A stretch of DNA of 36,520 nucleotides, taken from positions 160,870,016-160,906,535 of the forward strand of contig NC_068981.1 in NCBI RefSeq assembly GCF_001194135.2, read 5' to 3'. The notes under the pieces were generated by a model. That model ran no database searches, had not been told where the DNA came from, and saw nothing but the letters and a program-made list of their open reading frames with translations. Origin of the DNA: Octopus bimaculoides (Eukaryota). Numbering within the stretch: position 1 is the first letter of the stretch; every line of letters starts with the position of its first letter. Shown here piece by piece: positions 12,301-25,520 of the stretch. The position numbers were made by a program, and so were the translations under genes.

Positions 12301-15300
12301 TGGTGCTGGTATAAAATATCCTTTACTATGTCATACACATCGAACACGCAAACATACACACACTCACAGACACATACACACTCATACAAAATGTGTCATT
12401 TTCGATGTATAAAATGTCCTTTACTATTTCGTACATAAGGAAGGCGCAAACACACACACACTCACAGGCACATATACACTCATATACAAAATGTGTTGTC
12501 GTTGTTGTGGTGGTGGTAAAAAATGTCCTTTACCATGTCGCATGTAAGGAAGGTGCAAACACACACACATACACACTCATATACAAAATGTGTCATTGTC
12601 ATGGTATAAAATGTCCTTTACTATCTTGTACATAATGAACGTGCAAACACACACACACTCACAGATACATACATACTCATATACAAAACGTATATAAAAT
12701 GTCCTTTACTATAGTTGACTTTTAGATAAAATGTTATATTGTTTTAATCCAAATGAAAATAAAAATTACATGTTGACACTTGCAGGGTTTAATACTATTA
12801 CTTTGTAAAATTTGATTTGATTTGGTGGAGCTGTTTGAGAATGCATAGGGAACAGACAGACAAAGAATTTTATATATACATATACTAGCTGACGTACCCA
12901 GTAATTCCTGAGAAAGCAAAAATTGATGATAATTTATTTTTAAAGCTTGGTAGCAACCCCTAATTTTCTCTTTTTCAACCCCAAATTTCGCATACAATGC
13001 TTTCTTAGGAATATGAATAAAATAGGAGGGTGTCTCCCTGAAAATTGAAAACAAAAAATTTTTGATCCCTTTTTTGCATCACCCTAATATATGCATGTAT
13101 GTATGTATGTATGTATGTATGTATGTATGCATGCAAGCATGCATTGCATGTATGTATATTGGTGTAAGATACAAGCATCATGGAGAAAACAGAAAAACTG
13201 GTACTTTATGAAGTCCTTGAGATAGTTTTTTGCACTGAGTTACAGATATTCCTTTGTTATACTTACCAACAGAAATGCTATAAACCAATAATCATCCTTT
13301 TGGATATCTGAAACTAGTGATGGCATTGTTAAATATTTCATCATGTCTACCTATGAGAAAACATTACGTTGCTTGAAAACAAGTAAGGATTTGAAACACA
13401 AAGGACAGCCAGCTGAGAAAAATGTACTCCAACAAATTGCACCTAAGCCATGCAAGCATGGAAAAGTGAAATTTCAATGATGATCAACACCATAGTTTTT
13501 CATCTTTATACTTTCATTGTCTGTCTTACATTTTTAATTAATATTTATGTTCTTTATTTTTCAGAGACCCACTAACATTCTTAGGCTGGTCAAAGAAAGG
13601 TCAACTACTAGCAATTGGCACCACGAAAGGCAATTTATTATTGTACAATCACCACACATCAAAGTAATACATCTGTTATTTTGTCATACATTTGCAGGGT
13701 TGTTGTTAGCTGTGTTTATAACTGGGCAACTGTCTGTAGGGTTCGTGGGTTACATCTAGAGATGATACAGCTTCCACTCACACAATCACACGTACAGACA
13801 TATTCAGACACCCTCCCCACAAGCATTCATTTGTTTCTAGTTGACCATCATCTCCTTTTATGCGAATTTTGACTATATCTAATCCTTGACAGTTGTTGAT
13901 GGGACATATGAATATTTGCTTGAGAGGTAGAATTAATATATTTCTTGTTATTTTGTGAAACATTTGTAAGGTTGTGAAATCAAAATTAAGTATGGATTCT
14001 TAGAGTTTCTTATTTCTTTACTGCCCACAAGGGGCTACACACAGAGGGGACAAACAAGGACAGACAAAGGATTAAGTTGATTATATCGACCCCAGTGCGT
14101 AACTGGTACTTATTTAATCGACCCTGAAAGGATGAAAGGCAAAGTCAACCTCAGCGGAATTTGAACTCAGAACGTAGCGGCAGATGAAATACCGCTAAGC
14201 ATTTCGCCCGGCGTGCTAACGTTTCTGCCAGCTTGCTGCCTTATGGATTCTAAGAGTTTCTGTTAAGCAAAATTTCTGTTTGAAATTTCATATCTCTTTT
14301 AATACTTTAGCATTAGCATTCAGATTACTCTGTCAAATGTAATGCTTATTTATTTACATTGTTTTGAATTAATTACATATTACCTCATAACTTCGAAATT
14401 TCAATGGTGTGATTGTTTATTTTTGGAATAGCGTTGTAGGGGAGGTGTGAGAGGCTAGATCTGGCCAGTTTGAACATAAAACAGATAGAGTATTTGGGCC
14501 TGATATGGCCGGTTTAAATGCTAAGGGGTTAATGGATAAAAAGAGAAAAAAAAATTGAACAAGATATTTTATCATTACATTTCATTTTATTTTCATTGTT
14601 TATATCTTTATTTCCTTATGTTTTGTTATTTCAGAAAATTACCCATCTTAGGTAAACATTCTAAGAAAATAACAAGTGGGGCATGGAGTTCTGAGAATTT
14701 ATTAGCTCTGGTTAGTGAGGACAAATATTTGACCATTAGCAATTCTGAGGGAGATACATTGCGGCAGTCTCAGCTTGGAGGTGAACCTACTGCTATACAG
14801 TTTTCAGAAATGAAAACTGATGAACGAAGTGCAATGACTGAAGATACAGTAAGTTTATAATGCTTATGAATATTGGTTATTGATTTTTGTATAGGCACAA
14901 GCATAGCTGTGTAGTTAAGAAGTTCACTTCCCAACCACGTAGTTTCAAGTTCGGTTCCTCTGTATGCATGACCCTTGGGTATCTTCAGGTCAATGAAAAC
15001 TTTGTTGAGTGATTTAGTAGATGGAAACTGAAAGCAACCAACAAGAAGGCCTTTTCATGGTTATATGGCCTGCTACATTCTGCTGTCTTAAAAAGGAAAG
15101 GGCACAATGAATAATTCAGTACTGCCTTCAAAACGCGGAGTAGATGGAACAGGGACAACTGAAGAAGGGAAATATTCTTTATGTTGCATGTCTCGTTTTC
15201 CTGTTTGTTTTTTCGTTGTTTGAAAAAAAGTTCGTTTTCTGTCTTCGTCTTTATGTTTTCGCTTTTCATTGTGTTTAACGTTTTTTGTGATGTCCTGTAC

Positions 15301-17679
15301 CCATATATACATGTATGTATACATATAGATGTAGGTATGTACATATATGTATGGATATATGCATATATTTATATATTATTTATGTTTTATATATATATAG
15401 ATTCAGATGAATATGGTACTCAAGTTGAGGCGCCAGAATTTAGTACAGCATTATCCATACAATTTCAAAATAAGGTGATTAAAATCAAAATAAGCAACAA
15501 GGATATCCAGAGGATATCCTCTGGATATCTTTGTTGCTTATTTTGACTATATATATATATATATAAAAATCTGAACATATAACATAGGAGGGTCATACCA
15601 GGAATAAATACCTTTGATCATAGATCTGCTTAAACCATACATTTAACAGTAAAAATGTTCTTTTCAACCATAAACCATTTAAATTCTGGCACTAGTTACA
15701 TCAAGGTCAACTAAAATGTTGAACTTTGAGTGCCTTAATGAACTGCTCTTTTTATAAAGGTCACAAGAAAAAGTGTTGTATCATTGCTGAGTCAATTTAG
15801 AGACAGCAATATTTTATTAATTACTGTATTAATAACTATTCTTTTGACCATATTTCAGGTGAGCATTGTCATCTCTCAGCGTTATCTGCTGCTTTACAAT
15901 ATCAACAATCCAGACAACCCCATCGAATTGAGGTTCAACAAATCTTACGGATCCATTATGGCATATTGTTGGTAGGTTGGTTTTAATAATTATTTAGTTA
16001 TGAGCTTTACTTGATCTTTCAAGTTCCCATTCTTGATGTAGTTACTGTTTTGATATCGAGTGAAAGATTAAGACTAAACAGTAACGTATTTCAGAACTTG
16101 GAATCATAATTGTGGCCGATGTCAGTGTCATGTAACAAGCACTTGCGACAGTGACACATAAAAGCATCCATGCCAGTGACATATAAAAACACCTGCACTG
16201 GTGGCACATAAAAAGTACCCATTACACTCTTGGAGTGATTGGCGTTAGTAAGGGTGTCCAGCTGTAGAAACCATGCCAAATCAGACTGGAATTGGGTACA
16301 GCTCTCTGGCTTACCAGTACTAGTCAAACTGTCTAACCCATGCCAGCATGGAAAGTGGATGCTAAACGATGATGATGATGATGATGACTGTATAATATGG
16401 TACATGCAAATGCATGCATGTATACACACAGATGTTTGTACAAAAGAGAGGAGTTCTTAATGTGTGTCTTGGAAGTTTAAACATTTATATCAACAGTTTG
16501 TGACCTGTGTCTGCATTATTCAAATTCAAAGTTTCAGATGGCACCGCTAATCCTTCAGGTGTTGCTGATCTATGAGGTGAGGTGGCCAAGTTTTTTTAGG
16601 AAGATTGATTGTCATTGGATGATGTGTAAAGTTCATTTCTTTCTGTTAGTACAGATTATGTGATTGAGAACTGTTAGATGACTACTTTTTTTTTTTGAAG
16701 TGGCTGCTGAACAAGGAACAACTCTGATATGAAAGTCTTTGCTTTCATTAGCCATTTCAATAGGATTTCTTATTTCTTTATTGCCCACAAGAGGCTAAAC
16801 ATAGAGGGGACAAACAAGGACAGACAAAGAGATTAAGTCGATTACATCGACCCAGTGTGTAACTGGTACTTAATCTATCGACCTCAAAAGGATGAAAGGC
16901 AAAGTCGACCTTGGCGGAATTTGAACTCAGAACGTAACGGCAGACGAAATACTGCTAACATTTCTGCCAGCTCTGTGAAGTATTTCGCCCGGCGTGTTAA
17001 CGTTTCTGCCAGATCTGTGAAGTTTTAGTAAAACTTATAAAATATCAACTAATGAATTAAAACTGGCTTATAGGGAGTTCTACTCATGATAGCATTATTA
17101 AAGTTTAGCCTTCTTATTGAGGAATATAGTGGGTAAGTTCAATATAAGCATTTTCTCAGAGAAACAGAGGCAACAGTGTGTGTTCCCGATGAATTAGGTG
17201 GAGCCTTGTCAAATATACTTCAGGTTCTTCTGATCCCAATATCTCCAAATAAAACAGAACTGGGAGGTGAAGTTTTTATCCATTCCTCTCTATTACACAA
17301 TATTTAAACACCTTAATGAAACTTCACTGAAATTGTTTCTTTTGGGAATTCCCTTAGAATTTCTGAATAGATTACTCTTATCTATTATGTCAGAGTTATC
17401 CCCTCACCCAATTCATCAGTCAATGAATTATAACATGTTTCTATATATATTAATAGTTATCACCAAGCCAACATGGCAGTCCAAAAAATAAGATGAATGC
17501 TGCTGTTGATTAGCTCCAAGAGGCCATCACCTCTAGCTAGCTATGTGACACACGAACCTGTGACCATTATAAGCTTCGAACAGGGGAGGTCAGCCGCTTC
17601 CCCTTGCTGGTCTGGCATCTACAGACTAGTTTTGAGGTATTGCCTCTTATCAATGTAGAGCAGCCGAACCCAGCAGGCA

Positions 17680-17748
<69 letters not shown>

Positions 17749-18199
17749 TTCTCTCTTTCTCTCTCTCTCTCTNNNNNNNNNNNNNNNNNNNNNNNNNNNN
17801 NNNNNNNNNNNNNNNNNNNNNNNNNNNNNNNNNNNNNNNNNNNNNNNNNNNNNNNNNNNNNNNNNNNNNNNNNNNNNNNNNNNNNNNNNNNNNNNNNNNN
17901 NNNNNNNNNNNNNNNNNNNNNNNNNNNNNNNNNNNNNNNNNNNNNNNNNNNNNNNNNNNNNNNNNNNNNNNNNNNNNNNNNNNNNNNNNNNNNNNNNNNN
18001 NNNNNNNNNNNNNNNNNNNNNNNNNNNNNNNNNNNNNNNNNNNNNNNNNNNNNNNNNNNNNNNNNNNNNNNNNNNNNNNNNNNNNNNNNNNNNNNNNNNN
18101 NNNNNNNNNNNNNNNNNNNNNNNNNNNNNNNNNNNNNNNNNNNNNNNNNNNNNNNNNNNNNNNNNNNNNNNNNNNNNNNNNNNNNNNNNNNNNNNNNNN

Positions 18200-18239
<40 letters not shown>

Positions 18240-18280
18240 GTATGTATATAATTGTGTGTATGTATATGTGCGCACGCACG

Positions 18281-18336
<56 letters not shown>

Positions 18337-19768
18337 TATAAATAAACATAAGATGTTCATTTGATCTTAACCTGTCAGGATTTTGTCAGTTACTTTTTTT
18401 AATTTACGTAAATAGTGAAGTTTAAGTAAATCTGTCTACTTCCCAGGAGTTTGTTAAACCTGTTTAATTCTGAGAGACATAGTATTCTATACAAATGTTG
18501 CTAATAAGCTATTGGAGAGAAAGCTCAGGACAATAGCTAAATCTTGAATTACTTTATACATTTTATCCATCTACTTAGCCATCAATCCATCCTTCATCAA
18601 TATATCTACTTATCCATCCATCCATTTATCTGGTCACTCATTCATCCATCAGTCCATTCACTCGCTCATCTATCCATTCATCTACTTATTGAGTCACTCA
18701 TCCATTTATCCATCCATCAATTCACTTTTGTGAACACATACAACTGTAGCCCATCAACCAACCAGCCAACCAATCCATCCACCCATCCATCCATCCATCC
18801 ATCCATCCATCCATCCATCCATCCAGTGATGTCTGACTGTCTGTCTGTTTTGATATATTTTATATTTTCTCTAGGCATGGAGATGGCTACATTGTAATTG
18901 GTTTTTCATCTGGGTACTTTGTTGGTATATCTACCCACATAAAAGAGATTGGACAGGTATGTTTCACATTAAAATTTTTTTATATGTGCTGATATTCATA
19001 GTAGATATTAACTGCAACACTTTCTCAGGTATGGGAGCTTTTGACAAGATCATGGGCTCTGTCTCTACTTTCTGACTAATTTAATGTAAAAAAAAAAATG
19101 AAATTGTCTTGGTATTTCTAATTTTCTTATATAAGCGTTATATAAAATATTATCTAATATAAAAAGAACAGCAGTTAATATTTTCTAATTTCTATTATAT
19201 TAGTAACGGCATTGTACTGTAGTATACCAAAATTAACATGCAAACACATTCATCAGAAGAATGAATATGTAGCTATTAATATAAATATAAAATAAAATGA
19301 AATAAAAATAAAAACCCAACAGTCAAAATTTGACCACAACAAACAAATCAATACATGACTACCGATGCATGATGCTAATGGTCAAGAAACCTTTGGCTGG
19401 AAAGTCTACATGAATTCAATTAGTATATAATAAGCAACACAAATTCCAAATATGTATATATATATATATATATATNNNNNNNNNNNNNNNNNNNNNNNNN
19501 NNNNNNNNNNNNNNNNNNNNNNNNNNNNNNNNNNNNNNNNNNNNNNNNNNNNNNNNNNNNNNNNNNNNNNNNNNNNNNNNNNNNNNNNNNNNNNNNNNNN
19601 NNNNNNNNNNNNNNNNNNNNNNNNNNNNNNNNNNNNNNNNNNNNNNNNNNNNNNNNNNNNNNNNNNNNNNNNNNNNNNNNNNNNNNNNNNNNNNNNNNNN
19701 NNNNNNNNNNNNNNNNNNNNNNNNNNNNNNNNNNNNNNNNNNNNNNNNNNNNNNNNNNNNNNNNNNNN

Positions 19769-19803
<35 letters not shown>

Positions 19804-20763
19804 TTTGAATTTAGATTGGCTTCATCTCAAATCTGCTACACTGTTTGTGAATCACTGGCTTGAGAAACTTCGAAAAAAAAAAAACAACCCTAAAAAATAT
19901 ATTGTTAATTGTTAATGTGTTTTAGAAATTTAATCTTCCAAAAACGTGCTTAGTGAGAAGAGAAAGGGTCATTGTCATGACTTTTGTAGAGCTTCCAGAT
20001 CTAGTAGAGGAGGTGAAGAGAGGAAGAAACCACAACTCATGGTTGCTGTAGCATAAAGCTATACATCAACACATTGAGTTATTCTCTAGCACAAGCTTTG
20101 GTGCAAATGCTTGCAATTCACTGGGCTCCACTAAACATAGTCAAAAGCCAGATGATGGTGTTAAACCAGCAACAGATTAGTTCTACCTAGCAAATGAAAA
20201 ATCTAACATCTGAGACCAACAAGCCTCCACACAATTTTCACCTATATTTTATTCGCAAAGCCTGAATTGACATAAGGCTATACTGGATCACTTGCCAAAG
20301 ATGCTGTGTTGTGGGATCTAACCCTGAACTCAGTAATTACAAAGGGAACTGTTTAATCACATGGTCATGCTTTTGCCCTTAGATATTTGTTGATATTATG
20401 TGGTGGTGAATATGATGCTGGTTCTGTTGTTGCTTTCTTTTTTTTATGCTTATGAATTATAATTGTCTTTATTAATTATTAATCATTGTTATATTAATTG
20501 CTGTTTCAGGAACTATTTTCAACACATGATCACAAAGAGGGCCTGACAAATCTTGCATTGTCTCCATATTTGAACAAAATAGCGACATCTGGTGGCAGCA
20601 GGTAAATAATTTTGTCCAACTTTAGGCGGTTGCAGCTTATTCTACTGGTGATAATGTGGTCAAAGATGCATTGGAATTTCTTGGTACTCAGGATAAAAAT
20701 TTCATTTGGTATCCTCACTTAGATTTACAAGATTTCATCACAAAACACACACACACACATGCG

Positions 20764-20802
<39 letters not shown>

Positions 20803-20812
20803 NNNNNNNNNN

Positions 20813-20848
<36 letters not shown>

Positions 20849-23800
20849 CACGTGCATACACACACGCATACACACTCATACAAGCACACGCATAAACACA
20901 CCTGCATGCACACACACACCTGTGCACACAGATGTGTGTGCAGACACACACCACCACACATACACATGTATGCACACTCACACAAACATACAAACACAAA
21001 TCTGTTTTGTGTAATGAGTGGAATTCTTGGAGGAACATTCACCATTAGATCCTGATATTGCAAGCTACACTCAGTACTAGTTATTTACAGTCTCTTGTCT
21101 TGTAAGACAAACACACAGTATAGCTTCTTAATATATACCATATGTACTTCATCATCTTTTCTTTGGCTTTTCTGTTTTGGAGCCAGTTATTCACACACTG
21201 GGGTCTTGGAAGTACCTGAATAAATCTGCTTTGCCAGATATAACTTTAACTTTGCTATAATGTCCTGTTGCCTGTTTGAATATGTAGGCTTCCTGGCTCC
21301 TGCTGAACCATCCAACACATGTCAGTATGGAAAATGGGCATTAAATGGTGATGATAATGCCATTATCACATCTAGTAATAAGGAATATTTGTACAGAATG
21401 TTGGTGATAAGGAGCTTCCAACCTATGAAACTTGTGTCAATAACTGGCAAGAGTATGACATGCCGGAAGGAAGATTTAAGGTGCTGGACAAAAGTTTTGC
21501 TCAGGCCTGTACATACATGGGGAGAGGCATGGCTAAACTTAATCAACTGAGGCCCCTATTGGCATAGCACAACTGATAAGTTATTGTTAACATTTAATAC
21601 AAGTAGCATTAGAAAGCTAACTAGAAATAATTTTATATTAGTCATTGACTAATATTATTTTTATTATCATCACATAATTATTTCTCATTAGCATTTTACT
21701 ATTCTCTGTATTAGCTATCTTAATATGATACTAACTTTGTTAACACTAACTTAACTGTTCTGGTAATGTCAAGCATAACAAGGTGTCCTGTCTTATTCAA
21801 TGTTTGCAACAAGAAATAACTTCTTTTATCTAAATATGATTGAATCTACTGTTAAAAATTTCAATGTATAATTGTCCTCTGTCTTATTTATTTTCTGTTC
21901 ATTTTCGTCTTCAGTATTCGCATTCACGAGATGAATGACTCTCAGGAAATCTATGCTATAATTCAACTTGAAGAAGATTATACTGTTGACAAAATGATGT
22001 GGACTGAGGATGGTCAATTGATGGCAGTTTCATCTTTATATGGTCATCTGCAGGTTTTTTTGACTAAATTACCCATGCTAGCTGTCACTTACCAAACCCG
22101 AATTGCTAACTTAACATCATTGCTTGAAGTCACAGTTCAGGATAATATCAATAATGTGAGTGTTTATTACAAGGGCGAGTCAAAAAGTAATGCCATTTTG
22201 TTTAGGACAGGTATAATTACCAACACAGGAACATGTATCATACATCAAAATGAAGCTGGTCCTCTGTAGATCACATATCTACTTCTCAACATAGTCACTG
22301 TTTCTCTCAGTAGCAATGTTCCACCTTCGAATGAGAGTATGTATCCCTGTCCCTAAAATTCTGTTGACTGTTCTTTGAGCCACTTCTTCACTACAGTTTT
22401 CACTTCCTCCTCACTGGAATAATGTTTGCCTCTCAAACCCTCTTTCATGGGGGCCAAAGAAATGATAGTCCAGTGACAATAATAGTCCAGTGACAATGAT
22501 AGTCCAGTGACAATGATAGTCCAGTGACAAGGAAGTGAAAACTGTAGTGAAGAAGTGACTCAAAGAACAGTCAACAGAATTTTACGAGGCAGGGATACAT
22601 GCTCTCATTCGAAGGTGGAACATTACTATTGAGAGAAACGGTGACTATGTTGAGAAGTAGGGATGTAATCCACAGAGGACCAGCTTCATTTTGATGTATG
22701 ATACATGTTCCTGTGTTGGTAATTAAACAAAATGGCATTACTTTTTGACTCACCCTCGTATTATTAATCAGTTGAGTGATAAATAAAATATCTTGCAGTA
22801 TTTAATCGTATTCTCTTAGAAGTTGTGTTCAAATCTTGCATAAATTGACTTCACTTTCATCCTTCTGAGGTCCATATATAATCACTTTAATTGACTATAT
22901 ATCCTAAAAATCTATGTAATCATTATTATTGCTACCATTAAGTGGATAGTAGTGGATGATAGAATATGTAGAGTACTGGACGTTGTTTTACAAAATTTAG
23001 TTATCTCCCCTAATATTATTTACTAATTTTATTACATACTTAAAAATAAGTTATAAATTACACTGAAATCTGAACTTTAATCTCATTGAAATAATAAGAA
23101 TAACTGAAATACATTCGACACAATTTGACATTGATTATTTGTAAACAGAAGTTGTTGACTACTTTTGTTTTAACATATCACGAAAACAGAAGCTTTCAGA
23201 ATTCTTTATTATCAAATCAAATGTTTCTTTCTCTCCAACACTGTCTGTCTTCACAGCTTCAGTATTGTATTTGTTTGTTTCATTGAAGAGAGAAAACATT
23301 TGCATGTGTTTCATAGCTTTTTGTATTAGCTTTCCGTTGTTCTCTATGAAATATTTGTTTAGTCCTTTACTAGATATTTTATAATTGCTGTGTTTTTGTT
23401 GATCTGTAATTGTTGATCTTTACAGCAATATGAGCTTTTTCAGTATCCCTTCTGCTCTTCTGCAAATACGTTGTTATTGTCTATATGTTCGTTCATTTAT
23501 TTCCTTTGATATCATTACAGTTTAGATTTAGTAGGCTGAATGAATGCAGGATATTGCTCTGCAATCTTAAGGATTTGTTGTTTCTTTAGTCTTTAAGGTC
23601 CTTTGATTCCAGGTTTTGCTTCCAAACCCAAAACTTCTCTAATTCTGCTTCAAATTCTGCAATAAGAGCAAGATCATCAACATATAGTAGTTCCCATGGG
23701 CATTCAGTTTTGAATTCATTTGTTATAGCCTGGAGAACTGTGATGAATAAGAGTGAACTAAGAACTGATCCCTGGTGTACTCCAATTTGTTAAATTCATC

Positions 23801-25463
23801 ACTGTATTCAAGGCCAACTCTCACCTTATTGACAGCTTCACTGTACATAACTTGAAAAGCTTTAACAAGCCACTCCTCTGTTCTTAGCTTGAAAACTTTC
23901 TCCAAGTCGACAAAGGCTAAGTACAATGGCTTACTTTTGGCCAAATACTTTTCTTGCAACTGTCTCACTATGAAGATGGCATCTGTAGTACTTCTCCTTA
24001 GAACAAAACCAAACTGCATCTCATCTAGTTTAATTTAATTATATCACTAATTAGTTGAGATATAACCCTTTCTGTAATTTTCATGACCTGGTCCAGCAGT
24101 TTGATACCTCTGTAGTGTCCATCTTGCAAAAATGTTATGCCCATCCCAACGTTGATATGTTAACATTCAGAACTATTATTATAACTCTAAGCCACATAAT
24201 ATCATAGATTAATGTTCCAAGCTATCTATTATCATATAAACTTAGGAGCATATGAAAAAAATCATACTATTCTATTCTACATACTAACATGAAACATAGG
24301 AAAATTCATAAGTTCCTGCAGGACAATTTAGATTAGTACGAATTCTGTTTTATGTTAGTATGTAGAATAGAACAGTATGATATATATATATGATGTATAT
24401 AATCATTTAACATCCACTTTCCATGCTTGCATAGTCAGACAGTATTTATTGAGGTAGATTTTCTATAGCCAGATGCCCTTCCTGTTACCAACTACTCTCA
24501 CTCATATAATATGAGAGCAGAATAAAACAGATTTAGTCAAACTCTTTATTGTACCATCATAAATTGCATGATCTTTACACAAGTTTCATGAAAAATTAAC
24601 AGCATGTTGTGCAGTAATCATTACATAGATGGTCACATAATCACCTTGAAATGCCAGATCTTCAGAAGAAGCTACTAATTTAATCCATTGATATTTACCA
24701 ACTCCAGTTGGTAAACAGAGCTAAATGAGAACTGTGTGTAAATTAAGTAGAACATTTGATATATAACAATTAAGTAAAGGAATTTTATTATTATTTTATT
24801 AGTGAGATAAAGATAGAAAGAAAAAAAGGATGAATAACAACTGTAGTCAGCATACAATGGAATAAAGAAATTTGACATGTAAACCATTGTAGATAAATAA
24901 AACTTCGAGTTAATCATGATAAATAGCTAAGAATTTAGTAGTAGATAAAAAAAAGTTGGACAGTACATACTCACTCATACACACTCACACCTATATGTAC
25001 ATATAATTTTTTATTCCCTTATACCTACCATCATATATATACATTTAAGCATACACATAGTATACATATATAAGGACTTTTATTAATTTTATTCTTAAAT
25101 CCTCTGCTAGTTACACTGCTAATGTGGTTGGTAATATTAGATCTGATTATATTAGCATTATCATTTCCTTGTTCAGTTGCAATATTTTTATATTTAGAAG
25201 ATTGATTAAAGGGTTGTGTAGCAGATTTATGTTTTGTATGCTTATGTGTAAAAATTACTTTAAAATTAGAATTATTTTGTATCAGATGTAATACATTGCA
25301 TCTTTTCTTCAAAATAAACTTTTCAATAGAGGTGCAGGAGTGGCTGTGTGGTAAGTAGCTTGCTTACCAACCACATGGTTCTGGGTCCAGTCCCACTGCG
25401 TGGCACCTTGGGCAAGTGTCTTCTACTATAGCCTTGGGCCAACCAAAACCTTGNNNNNNNNNN

Positions 25464-25520
<57 letters not shown>

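Noticed and set aside
12850-13080. Helitron/Helentron-like fragment (acagacagac..., tactagctgacgtaccc)
   Set aside because: Motifs are suggestive but I could not define both ends or a hairpin, so it is not supported enough to list.
15095-15300. Possible Penelope-like terminal fragment (actgaagaaggg)
   Set aside because: Only a short motif; no RT or GIY-YIG remnant recognised.
17567-20900. Long ORFs spanning X runs, HT/CV/RE repeats
   Set aside because: Artefacts of N gaps and dinucleotide microsatellites.
21931-22269. Extension of exon 10 through to the stop at 22269
   Set aside because: WDR19 homology ends at a consensus donor (AAT|gtgagt, 22156), resumes in phase at 30474, and the extension is mariner TIR sequence.
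22461-22530. CRISPR-like short direct repeats
   Set aside because: Head-to-tail 17-mers without spacers, explained as the mariner junction.
23723-24019. Intact reverse transcriptase gene
   Set aside because: Frameshifted, internally deleted and truncated at both ends.
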